Assembly (NCBI GenBank): GCA_965644295.1
Contig: CBFFRP010000016.1
Span: 62,001 to 126,000, forward strand
DNA length: 64,000 nucleotides
From: Paraphysomonas bandaiensis
Taxonomy: Eukaryota > Protista > Chrysophyceae
Direction of reading: 5' to 3'
How positions within the stretch are numbered: the first letter of the stretch is position 1; the number at the start of each line of letters is the position of its first letter. This document shows positions 50,838 through 62,584 of the stretch, one piece after another. The notes under the pieces were generated by a model that was given only the letters and a program-made list of their open reading frames with translations, searched no databases and was not told where the DNA came from. A program made the position numbers and the translations under genes.

Positions 50838-52173
50838 CGGGGCTGCGTATCAATTAATTGTTAGTTATTGAAATTGCAATATTTGAAATGGGGACAGCAA
50901 ATCATAATTAGCCATTATAATATTATAATTGACTCCAGCTTCCTCAATTAGTGATAAAAAACACCACTAATTTGGCACTAGTGAGTTGATATTAAACAGC
51001 ATTTTGTGTTGAGAAAATCAATTTCTTTACGATAAAAACCGAAGATTTATGTCATTACCACATACCAATAATAGTTATCCGGCCTTGACGCATGATGTAT
51101 ATATTGTGTATTAGAAAGCAATAACATCTATTATATTTATCTCACATAAGATGTCGATGTTTCATAGTTCAGCGACATAAGCGATAAACTGGTAGCAGAA
51201 ATCACTGCTTGATTGTTCTTCGAGAAAGTAAATGACAACAACGAAGATGTTGCATTAGAGACTTGAAAATTTTGTGAGTGACATGTAGGCCTGTCGGAAA
51301 TAGGATAGGTGTTCTGAGGCTTAAAAGGGTTACGGGTAGAGTAGCTTCTTGCTATCAAACATGATGGCTGAAATACGAAAGCTTTGGTTGCTCAGCGCTG
51401 TGGAGGGTAAATACGTAGTTTAGTTATTTATCCTGGAGTAAGCAGATGTCAGGTATATCAACATTTTATGCTTGCTTTGAGTGAGAGAGCAAAAGTGCTT
51501 GCGGTGACGCACAAGTGGCTTTCGTAGCGCTAAATAGTAGGATATCAGTGTTAAGCTAGTTAGTTAAATTGTTAGTTCTGACTCATAAATTCCAATTACT
51601 AATAATAAAGCACTCACAACTAGTTTAGTGTTAATTAATTGCAATTTGACTAGATGGAGCAGAAAGTAATAATTGACTATAAATTGTTACAGAGCTTTGC
51701 ATTATACACTCTTGACTGTCTTCTTACGGGGAGTCGGACAAAGGTACACTACATTCCACATCGTGGTGTTACTGCGAGCACGAGCCTTGACAATATTATT
51801 GCTATCACAGAAACCTAGCTTTGATATACCCATCCTCACACTTCCAATTCTTAAGTACGTAGTTCTAGCAACGGAGATTAACTTATGTGCTTTGAGTAGT
51901 GAATTCCTTGTTCTTTATTCAATATATCTTATGTAATTCCAACATGATCGGAAGAACAAAAAACAACATCAAGATGAAAACTATTCATTGGCCCCACATC
52001 ATTAACTGCTAATAATAGTGTCTGTAAATACAGTATTCTTTAAGGGAGAGGTCTCTTTAACTTACGCAGATTGTAGTCAATTATAATTTCAATTTCTACT
52101 CGCTGTCTCAATTTCAATTATTGCAATTTCAATAACTGACAATTAGTTGAAAATCAATTATTACGAAGCCCTG
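50838..52173. mobile_element. Non-autonomous TIR DNA element (hAT-like ends) with ~100-bp imperfect TIRs and a family A fragment inside
   Basis: Left cggggctgcgtatcaattaattgttagttattgaaattgcaat versus right reverse complement cagggcttcgtaa..ctaattgtcagttattgaaattgcaat; no TSD recognised. Confidence 0.65.
51445..51600. repeat. Dispersed repeat family A, 3' fragment
   Basis: gcagatgtcaggtatatcaacatt..tgcttgcggtgacg..gctttcgtagcgctaaatagtaggatatcag. Confidence 0.8.
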
Positions 52174-52583
52174 TCAAGTGATGGCAATAATTCAACAACT
52201 TAGAAATACAGTTTTTACCAATAAGCAAAACTCAGCATTTCTTACCTCTCCTTAAACTAAACAAGGATTATATCTCTGCAATCAAACAACTACTGTGATG
52301 AAGTACTTCGTACTTAGGATCCATGTTCAATTTCAACTGCTATATTTGAATTAATGTAATATTATCCTCGGGTTTTGACAAGAACATGAGAAAGTATAGA
52401 TTTTTAATACATTTATGACTAATTACCGAATGTATTCGACCACGGTTCGTTAGGATTACGACAAAATTAACTTCAATTGCCAAAGACTATATTATATAAT
52501 ATAATACCAGCTACAATATAATACCAGCTCCTATCAGTAGAAGATACACAATCCATGTACATAGCATACTGGATTTGGCACTC

Positions 52584-55509
52584 CTATAGGAGATCATCAT
52601 CATCTTCCTCTTCACCTCCTACCACCTCCATATCTCCCTGGCTTTGGTACATATCCACTATCTGATCAGATGAAGTTGCCCCCTCTGGCTTCTTATCTGG
52701 CCTATCTCTAAGATACCGAGGAAATCTCAATCCGATCCCCCTCCCACTGCTGTCAACTTTTCCCATGCCACCTTTGTGAACACTGGATTTGGATAGATCA
52801 GCTGCCTGGAGCTCCCACACGACATTAGGCTCGAACCAATCATCTGGCGTCAATGGGTCTCCTACACTGTAGTTGGAAGGTTTACGGCCAGTGGATGAAA
52901 TGTGAGACTTCATTTGCTCGGTGAGGCGCTGTAGATCCTCATCTTTAAAACCAGTTCCCACTTTGCAAACACTCTGGAACTCGTCACTGTCTGGGTCATA
53001 GCACTGCGATGGATACATTTAACTATTATTATTATTTCAGCAAGCGCTAAGTATGAAATTATAACGTAGTGCGACAACACCATCCATACACCACACATAT
53101 ACACACCAGCCAGTTCATATGATTGACACTTGACACTTACCGCCATAAGATAAGCACCATATACATTCGTTCTTTTTCCCCGTCCATGGTATCCCCCAAT
53201 GACCACCAGGTCTACCGAATCACACACACCCATTCCGTCTATATAATCCTTTTTGAGTTTTAGCCAATTAAGCGATCTCTTGGAAGGCTCATAAGTAGCA
53301 TTCTGAGATAGGGTTTTGACCATCAAACCCTCACACATCGCCCCGCATGCCTCTTGCATAAAAACTTCAATGGGAGTCGTGTCTCCGTTCTCCATATGAT
53401 CACTACCACTCGCGAAGTGAAAGAAACCCTCTGAATGGGTAAAACTGGCATGTAGAAGCTCTCTGCGTCGAAGAAAGGACTCTTGTAACAAACTCTTTCC
53501 ATTTAGATATATCAGATCAAACGCTTGCAATATGACCTTGACTTTTTGGCTGTCCTCTTCTCCGTCCTCAACCTTTCTTTTACGCGTGGATAGCACCTGG
53601 AAGGGCAGCAGGCAACCCTTCTCTCTGTCATAAGCAACCACTTCTGCGTCAACCACACAGGACACAACTTCTTCTCGCTTCGCGTTCCTAATCCATCATA
53701 GGAAAGAGATTAAATCATATGCCAGTTGTACGATGGGATAACATATAAAAACGATGAAAACACCAATGAGCATTATACAGAACACAGTTGATACAAATCT
53801 GACAGACACCACTCATTTCGGCTTTATCGATTCGTAAAAAGCTCACAGCGTTACCAAGAGCAATATCTCACCTTATGACGTCCATCAGATCAGGATACTT
53901 CGGGGAATTATCTTCACTATTTCTAGAAAAAATCTTGACAGTTCCATCGGAGAGGAGGTGTACCTGTGCCCTCTCTCCATCATACTTGTACTCCATAGTA
54001 AACAACTGCCCTGAGAGTCTCTTGAGAACTTCTGCTACTTGCTTTGTAGGCTTCGCGAGCATTGGCGCAACAGGCACACCAGGAGTGAGTCGGCAGTGCT
54101 TGTGTAGATCATGAAGTGGATGGTGTAGCAACGCATCCACCAATACAGAAAGAGAGGGACATTCAGAAAAGGCACGCTTAACTGCGATAACGGCCATTTC
54201 GTTGCGGACATCGCGGGAGAGACGGCCAGATAGCTTGACAGCCTCAGGTGGGGGGCGGACGGCCACCTTTTCCAGCATTTCCACCATATCCTTCTCGACT
54301 GCACTATCGCTCTCATTATCATTTTCCTGGGACTCAGTGATATTCTCGAGCGATCTCTTTCTCTTTCCTTTTGCAACTATTACATCGTCTTCATCATCAC
54401 TGTCTACCAAACCATCATCATCTGCCTCGGATACCATAGATTTTACTCCAGTGGGGGAATCTTCCTCCACTCCAGTAAATAATGGGGAGGCAAAAGCATT
54501 GGCCAGGCCAATGAGAACAGTTTGTGCTGCTGTGCCTGAAAAGCAAAAAAAAATAAGTTGCTGCATAATGATTTCACCACATTTCTCAAGAAACATAAAA
54601 AGGAACAATATCATGACCATTCCTCACAGACGTAATACAACTTCTATATAACACGAGGTAGTACCTAGACGAAGCTTCCCTTGCAGTGCTCTGACGATGT
54701 ACTTCGCCTCATTTCCCTGGCAGGCAATCATCATTTTCTTTATGATTCCAACTTTACGATCCATTGATTTGCTACCAGTAGTTCGAGTAATAAGTCTAAG
54801 TTGTTCCAAAACGTTTCGGGCTGTGAGGGCTTTAGGCTTAGCACCAAATCCTAGGGTACTCTGACTTGATCGACTTTGACAAGCGACCGTGCCGAGATCT
54901 CCGTCATTTTTGTACGCTGCTTGCACAGCGGCCCTGTTCCTTCCGGTGGATTCTACCACGGCTTTTATCAGTAAAGCATCACCTATATATATATTACCGA
55001 TAATACTACCTTATCAGAGAGCACTTACCGATCCCCAGTTCCAAACCTTCGTAAGCGGGAAACACCTTATTCGAAGTCAAGTACACCACGCTGTCGAGAT
55101 CTTCCGGAGTAGTAACCGTAACTGCTTTATAAAGCTGACATAGAATTGACTCCTTCTCCAAGCGACTTGATGTATTTCCTATCTTATCAAAGGCTGCAGC
55201 AACCGCAGCATAAGGGACAGGCTCGCCCTTCTTCCATGTTATAATAGCCGCTAAACTAGAGGGAATATCAGACACACTGACAGCAGATGCGCTGATTGAA
55301 GGCGAATCATCAGACACAGCAGTGTCTTGTTTTGTCTGTACGGAAGATATCGTCCGAGCGGATGTGTCTGTGTCTGTGTCGGGTGATTTAACAGGCTTGG
55401 TCTCTACAGCCGCGTGTGTTGATTCATGAGGAGGGGCGTGACTCCCAGCTGTCTCTCTCTTCTTTGATAAGGAGGATTTACCATTGCCAAAAAAATTACG
55501 AATGTCCAT
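52584..55509 (-). CDS. LIG1: DNA ligase I (5 exons)
   Basis: N-terminal PIP-like MDIRNFF; PMLAKPT; adenylation motif EYKYDGERAQVH; EGLMVK; WLKLKKDY; LRFPRY. Confidence 0.97.
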
Positions 55510-55895
55510 AATCTCCACCCAATAATTATCGTGATGGAGGTGATGTATGCTTTAGTGAGCTCGGCCTATCTCCCATATATATGTATATACATGTACATGT
55601 CCATGCATAAGATCGCTCTATGTAGTGTATATGTACAGCAGTATGTGCGGTGTATGTGCGGTGTATGTATGTGTACATAGGATTGACTGGGAGTTAAATT
55701 CAAATATTCGAACTGTACGTGGTGTGTGCACTTCATACTGCTGTATATGTGCTGTATTCATGGCTGGATATGGTATACAGTGTAGTGCTGCTGCTGTATG
55801 TGGTGGGCACATTAACACGCATATCTAGAGGGGGATCATCTATCTTACACAGGCGCTCAACACCCGTCGCCTCTATTATTCTCCTTGATACTGCA

Positions 55896-56822
55896 ATGCA
55901 CAAACTTCTACACTCATGTTTAATTAAATGTTCTGGTAGCTTCATGTGGCGCCGCTTCTGTTCTTCGTCCTTAAAGGACACACTGCATCAAGAGATGATA
56001 AAGGAAACACTATGGGCTAAAAGTGAGAAGTACCAGAGCTTCTTAAAGACAGTGAGCCAAGTTCCTGAGCGTCATATTATTCAGCCTAGCTTAGAGGGTT
56101 ATATGCGAGAGCGGGGTTGTGGAGAGTTCACGCAGGATGATGCGGCCATGCGTATAATATCCACTCTTACAACTCACCCACTAACTTTAGCTTATGGCAT
56201 ACAACATATTTTCCCCTCCCCGCTTCCACGCGTGCGTATTCTTGCACTTGGTATGCGTAGTGAGTCTACATTGCCCATGATGTGGTGGCGTGAGACTTTG
56301 CTAGCTACAGAGAAAAGTAGCCAGGTAGAACTTGAAATGCTTGGTCCCGATTTAAGTGAATTGAATCATTCCAAAAGTATTGACTTGCCTAGCGGAGATG
56401 AGAATACTACCAAGATGCTTATGGTGCACTCACCTACAGAGAATAAAGTTGTATTTCATGAGCACCCTGATCATATGGACAAGCTACGTTCGAGTGACAT
56501 GTTCGTGCTGTTTAACCCGGGCTTTGGAGCGAATGCTATTATGAAAAAGCAGTGGAGAGACACCCTTTCTCTGATCTTACAAACGCGTAAGCCTATTTTA
56601 TGTACAGCTCATAGTGAAGGTGATCTTGCCCGTGATCTCGCTTTCTTGGACTTTTTAACGTCGGAGGAAGACCACGAGAATTTCGGCGAGCCATTAGAGT
56701 TCCTCATGATGCCACACACTAACCCTTTCAGATCCCATAGGCGCAGATTTGATTCCAATGAGGACGGTAATTCTAATATTGTTAGCGCAAATCACAGTAT
56801 ATATGCGTTTATACGGAAGTAG
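55896..56822 (+). CDS. MSS51 C-terminal-domain-like protein, possible mitochondrial presequence, no MYND finger
   Basis: HPLTLAY, ILALGMRSE..LP..W, LEMLGPD, VLFNPGFG, W..TL, TAHSE.D, NPFRS motif series. Confidence 0.7.
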   Translation: MHKLLHSCLIKCSGSFMWRRFCSSSLKDTLHQEMIKETLWAKSEKYQSFLKTVSQVPERHIIQPSLEGYMRERGCGEFTQDDAAMRIISTLTTHPLTLAYGIQHIFPSPLPRVRILALGMRSESTLPMMWWRETLLATEKSSQVELEMLGPDLSELNHSKSIDLPSGDENTTKMLMVHSPTENKVVFHEHPDHMDKLRSSDMFVLFNPGFGANAIMKKQWRDTLSLILQTRKPILCTAHSEGDLARDLAFLDFLTSEEDHENFGEPLEFLMMPHTNPFRSHRRRFDSNEDGNSNIVSANHSIYAFIRK

Positions 56823-57792
56823 TATTCATGGAACATATGGTTGTAAATAATATTTAAGTACTGTGTTTATGGACATTTAATGTAAATGGTTGTATACACC
56901 ATACTATATTTTCAGAATACTTTACGTGGCTAACACTGTTAGCTTGTCTTTGTCTGGAAAACAGCACTTTCTTAGACTGACAATAGCCTTGAAGCTTATC
57001 AGTGCTGCGAAAATATATTTAATGTATGTAGAATTTCGGTGTTACTCCAACCAACTAGAGTATATGTATGAATACACCCTATGCAGTTAAATAGGGGGAT
57101 ATATCTAGAAGCCCACACTAGGCAATCTTCATACGAGAGGAAGAAACACTGGAGATACGTCATTCGTTCACTGTATTATTTTGTAGTAACCATCTATCGG
57201 GTTAATATATGATACGAGCCCTTCATTGTATATGCTTATGCTTGTACATAATTATATGATTGACATGGTACAATTAATAATATTATTATCGACTCTGAAC
57301 CAAGATCTGCTGAGTAATATAACAATGATACGATGACCATACTATCGACATATTCAACAGAAACAGACACAGAGATATCAGAATCCTCATGAAGACTAGC
57401 AATGAAGAATAAAGATGAGAACAAATTCCAACAATCGTTCATGCGGAGATATGCTTTGGTTGAATCAATGTTTATTATGTTCGTGCCAGATGGGCACTAG
57501 CCCAGTGACTATACTTCTTCACGTTGGGTGCTTTCCGTCCTCTCTTAATGGGTGCGGCTTATTCTTATGTGGTTGAAGGATACTGCACACATTGTGTGCT
57601 CGAATTCCTAAAATCCCTATTTTTCGCACTTTCCAATAATTTTTAAGTATATTTTGTGAAAGGAGGGGTTTTGTCAGTGCAGAAAAGTGCTGTGCTGTAG
57701 TATCATGCAGTGTGTATGTCGACAGGGTGATATGGCACACTTATAGTTCTTAACATGCATCTTCCCTTTGTAAGCTCAATACAAGAATACTA

Positions 57793-58188
57793 ATGGGTGA
57801 TAATGCGACCAAATCATGGGAATGGCATAACAATGAAGTTGGCATTGGCTATGCTGCTCGAGGAGTTGTTCGTCAGCGCACAACTGCCTCCGCTAGTGAT
57901 AAAATAATAGATATGAGTCAACCGCGTATAGAGCCTGACAATAGTAAGGATGCAAAATCATCCAAGAAGAAAAAAGAAAAGAAGGATAAAAAAGACAAAA
58001 AAGATAGAAAGGAGAGAAAGAAACATTCGAAATCGAAAAAGTCAAAGAAGAGACACCGCGTGTCCCGCGAGAGTGATAGCGACAGTGCAGCTGAAAAGAG
58101 TTCTGTGAAGAAAATTTGTTTCAATCCATTTTTGCAGATTCTTGCTTCGAAACTGAGTGATACGACGAGAGTGTTTGAAGTAGATTAG
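57793..58188 (+). CDS. Small Lys-rich protein, unknown function
   Basis: 131-aa ORF with KKEKKDKKDKKDRKERKK tract and structured termini. Confidence 0.6.
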   Translation: MGDNATKSWEWHNNEVGIGYAARGVVRQRTTASASDKIIDMSQPRIEPDNSKDAKSSKKKKEKKDKKDKKDRKERKKHSKSKKSKKRHRVSRESDSDSAAEKSSVKKICFNPFLQILASKLSDTTRVFEVD

Positions 58189-58370
58189 ACTCGATTGAAA
58201 CATTTTAAGTGAGTATTCTCACGTTTCAGTCATTATTATTTGTGTCTATAATATGGGGATGGTGTATGTACACAAAAATAGGGTGCTACTTATTGATAAT
58301 TGATAATAGTAAATTGTATACGGTTTAGACATACACCTACTAGACTAAACGTGCTAATACTACATGCTAC

Positions 58371-59473
58371 CAGGCTTGCGTAACAATTAATTGGTTATAA
58401 AAGTGATAATTTCAATTAGTATTATTGGTAAATTATATATAGCAACTTACGATACCTAGCTGCTGATCTTAGGTGCACACCCATTATATGTTAGTATAGT
58501 AGTATGGATGTATGTGCACAGTCACGTTATTATTATATTAATCATAATTAGGGTTACAATACACTTGAACCTCAGCATGCAAGAGTAATACATCATGTCA
58601 AAGATCGTTGGCAGAAAACAAACTGAGCACCTCTCTAACGATCGTCTAGATACATAGCATATAAATTATGTGATAGCATATCCAACGGCTTCGATAGAAT
58701 CAAGTATAGTAATGTAAATGACGTTATAAGTGTATCCGTTAGGTACCACTATCAGAGGAAGAGAAGTATGTGTGTGTGCAAGAATACCTTAATACAGAGG
58801 ATCCGTAGTGTGGTGTGTGCAACGATAATGGGCTAGAAGCATTGGATAGCCATACTTACCATTCTTATTTATTCAAATGGATGGCATCGAAATGATTTAA
58901 TTCGTCAGTACCTTGGGATGAAATTTCACCGGGGTGCAGACGCGGAAATTGTTCAAAATGCAGGTTTCGAGAGAGCAGTAGTCAAAATTCAGCGCGGCAG
59001 GGAGGAAGAACTGAACCGCACTGAAAACGCACAGGTGCGACGCTTTTTGATAAATGATGTACCTGCACACGAAGGTGAACTTGAAGAGAAAGAGAAGGAG
59101 GAGGAGGAGGAAGACGATACCATTTGTTTACTTAACGACAACAGAAAGCGCCAAAAAGCACGCATCAAACTTCCAACACGATATCGTTGCATGAAGTATT
59201 TGTATAACATTACCAATGTTTGTGAGAGGTTGTTTAACAAAACTAAGATTGTTATGACTAGATTTTTGCAAGCGAATGACACCTTGAAATGTTGAATTTT
59301 CTGCGTGAAAAATGTTAATGTTTCTCTGGGGTGAGACTATAGTACAGAAAGATATTCTAAAATCTAATATTAGAATTAATTGCATTGCCAATAATTGGAT
59401 GCTTGATTAATAAATACAATTATTATTGTTGGACACCTGTCACCTGTCACCAATTAATTGTTACGCTAGCCTG
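58371..59473 (+). mobile_element. Deleted hAT-superfamily DNA transposon with 25-bp TIRs and a C-terminal transposase remnant
   Basis: Left caggcttgcgtaacaattaattggt, right reverse complement caggctagcgtaacaattaattggt (1 mismatch); flanks atgctac / atggctac resemble a decayed 8-bp TSD; ORF 58918-59295 has TNVCERLFNKTKIVMT. Confidence 0.85.
58918..59330 (+). pseudogene. hAT transposase C-terminal (dimerisation-domain) fragment
   Basis: AEIVQNAGFERAVVKIQRG..TNVCERLF matches the hATC-type T-x-x-x-ER-x-F pattern; frameshifted after VMT; catalytic region absent. Confidence 0.7.
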
Positions 59474-60109
59474 ATGGCTACAATCGAGTCATATCCCCAT
59501 ATCAAATATACAGTATTACTGCAGGCTTTAAAAGTATTTCAAACTTTCGTATATGTTACAAAAACAAAAATTTTATGGACTTGTGCTGCATATGTATAAT
59601 AAGTAAGTGAAGTATAGTAAGTTGTTACAAAGTGTGAATATAAGTAAGTGTTACTAAGTACTTAGTGAGCTTGCTAGCCTGGGGTATATTCGTCTTTTTC
59701 TAGAAGTAGCCATATTGTATCACGCTGCCTTATTTCGCTGAAAGCATCACTAAATTCCAAATTTATAAGGAGAAGAATTAAAAATTCATTAGCGTGAATC
59801 TTTTATTATTTTGAGGACACCTATACCACAATATATAGTGAGGGGTCATTTCAACCATACTGACTAGAGGTTCAGTAATATATTTCTCCTAGCATAACAT
59901 GATAAAATCTATATTGCTCTGTCTGGCACCAATGCCGTACAAAACAGAAACCGAGCATAAAAATCTAACTGAAAAAATATATACATATTCAACTGTACGA
60001 CCGAAAATGTCAATGCAGTGTTTGAAGAACACTGCTAAAGTATTTATCACCATCAGGACTACGCAGATTGTAGTCACCCCCGTTCAGCACAAAGACAAAA
60101 TGTGAGCAA

Positions 60110-60952
60110 CTATTCCTTTGACGATAAAATATCCAATGCGAACATCGCATTTTCGAAGTCAATTTCACAGTCATCTGCCAAGCATGAATTCATATCCTGT
60201 GTACTTGTGGCAGTCACATCATGTCCTTGAAACAGGTTGTCCTCTCCAAGTGATGGACAACAAGAAAACTCTATCTCACACACTGGATCCATAGTTGCAG
60301 ATTGCATCGACACACGGCGAGATGGGGCTGAGTTTGTACCCATTGGGAGCTCGAAAGACATCGTACTCATCCGTTCGTTTTGTAAATACATCGTCTGTCG
60401 TGACATTAAAGTGTCATCACCTGGGTGCACTTTAGAGGCTTTCGTGTGCCCCATTTGAAATACAATGTTTTTCTTGGGTTTTATAGAGTGAGAAATGGCC
60501 GCTCGGTCGCTTGACTCTTTACGGCGTTCGATAAATAACTCTCTTCTAAACTTAAGAACCATGCGCTTCAGTCGCAAGCCCCACTCATGCTTTCGTTGGT
60601 CGAGGTACAGCGGGCGTTGTTCCTTGACCTTTTCAAACGTATCATACTCTGACTCTCCCTCATGGCAATAAGCCCTATATAATTTCATATACCGAAGTAA
60701 AATAATTGCTGTTCTAGCGTCAAGTTCCAAACCAAGGTGACCCCATGCCCAATCCATAACCAGCACCGGGTCCATAACTTCGTTCCGACTTTCCACAAAG
60801 AGGACTTTCAATAATGCATTTTCCATTTCGCGATCACTCTTAACAGCCTCCATAACCCCTTTAATGGCTTCATATAGATCGCCGCTCTCAAGGCCCAAGT
60901 CATCATCTCTCCACTTGGCCTTAAAGATTCTCTCCCATAGACGACGCAGCAT
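60110..60952 (-). CDS. 280-aa protein of unknown function
   Basis: ATG-initiated ORF with protein-like composition; helical N-half, Ser-rich C-half. Confidence 0.65.
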   Translation of the reverse strand: MLRRLWERIFKAKWRDDDLGLESGDLYEAIKGVMEAVKSDREMENALLKVLFVESRNEVMDPVLVMDWAWGHLGLELDARTAIILLRYMKLYRAYCHEGESEYDTFEKVKEQRPLYLDQRKHEWGLRLKRMVLKFRRELFIERRKESSDRAAISHSIKPKKNIVFQMGHTKASKVHPGDDTLMSRQTMYLQNERMSTMSFELPMGTNSAPSRRVSMQSATMDPVCEIEFSCCPSLGEDNLFQGHDVTATSTQDMNSCLADDCEIDFENAMFALDILSSKE

Positions 60953-61216
60953 AATAGTGTGACAGAAATAGCACTATGAAGTCAATCTCATGCCCTCCTC
61001 ACTTGCGTATTAGTGGCAATCGACAGTCTATTGTTAGAATTCAGAGATTATCTAACTGTTGGTAATCCCGCCAGCCCATCGTACTCATTTCCATATACGT
61101 GGGCATATACACAAAAACGGAGGGACGCTGAACCGTGAGAGGAGTGCAGGAATTCTTATGTGTCCGCATCAAGAACAACCTTTCCCATGTACCTAAACAC
61201 TGTACCTACCTACAGT

Positions 61217-62584
61217 GCATACATACATACATACATACATACATACATACATACATACATACATACATACATACATACATACATACATACATACATACAT
61301 ACATACATACATACATACATACATACATACATACATACATACATACATACATACATACATACATACATACATACATACATACATACATACATACATTCAT
61401 ACATACATACATACATACATACATACATACATACCTACATACATACATACATACATACATACATACATACATACATACATACATACATACATACATACAT
61501 ACATACATACATACATACATACATACATACATACATACATACATACATACATACATACCTACATACCTACCTACATACATACATACATACATACATACAT
61601 ACATACATACATACATACATACATACATACATACATACATACATACATACATACATACATACATACATACATACATACATACATACATACATACATACAT
61701 ACATACATACATACATACATACATACATACATACATACATACATACATACATACATACATACATACATACATACATACATACATACATACATACATACAT
61801 ACATACATACATACATACATACATACATACATACATACCTACATACATACATACATACATACATACATACATACATACATACATACATACATACATACAT
61901 ACATACATACATACATACATACATACATACATACATACATACATACATACATACATACATACATACATACATACATACATACATACATACATACATACAT
62001 ACATACATACATACATACATACATACATACATACATACATACATACATACATACATACATACATACATACATACATACATACATACATACATACATACAT
62101 ACATACATACATACATACATACATACATACATACATACATACATACATACATACATACATACATACATACATACATACATACATACATACATACATACAT
62201 ACATACATACAGACATACAGACATACATACATACATACATACAGACATACATACATACAGACATACATACAGACATACATACATACATACATACATACAT
62301 ACATACATACATACATACATACATACATACATACATACATACATACATACATACATACATACATACATACATACATACATACATACATACATACATACAT
62401 ACATACATACATACATACATACATACATACATACATACATACATACCTACATACATACATACATACATACATACATACATACATACATACATACGTACAT
62501 ACATACATACATACATACATACATACATACATACCTACATACATACATACATACATACATACATACATACATACATACATACAT
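61217..62584. repeat. (CATA)n tetranucleotide satellite, ~1.37 kb
   Basis: Roughly 340 units with sporadic CCTA, CAGA and CGTA variants. Confidence 0.99.
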
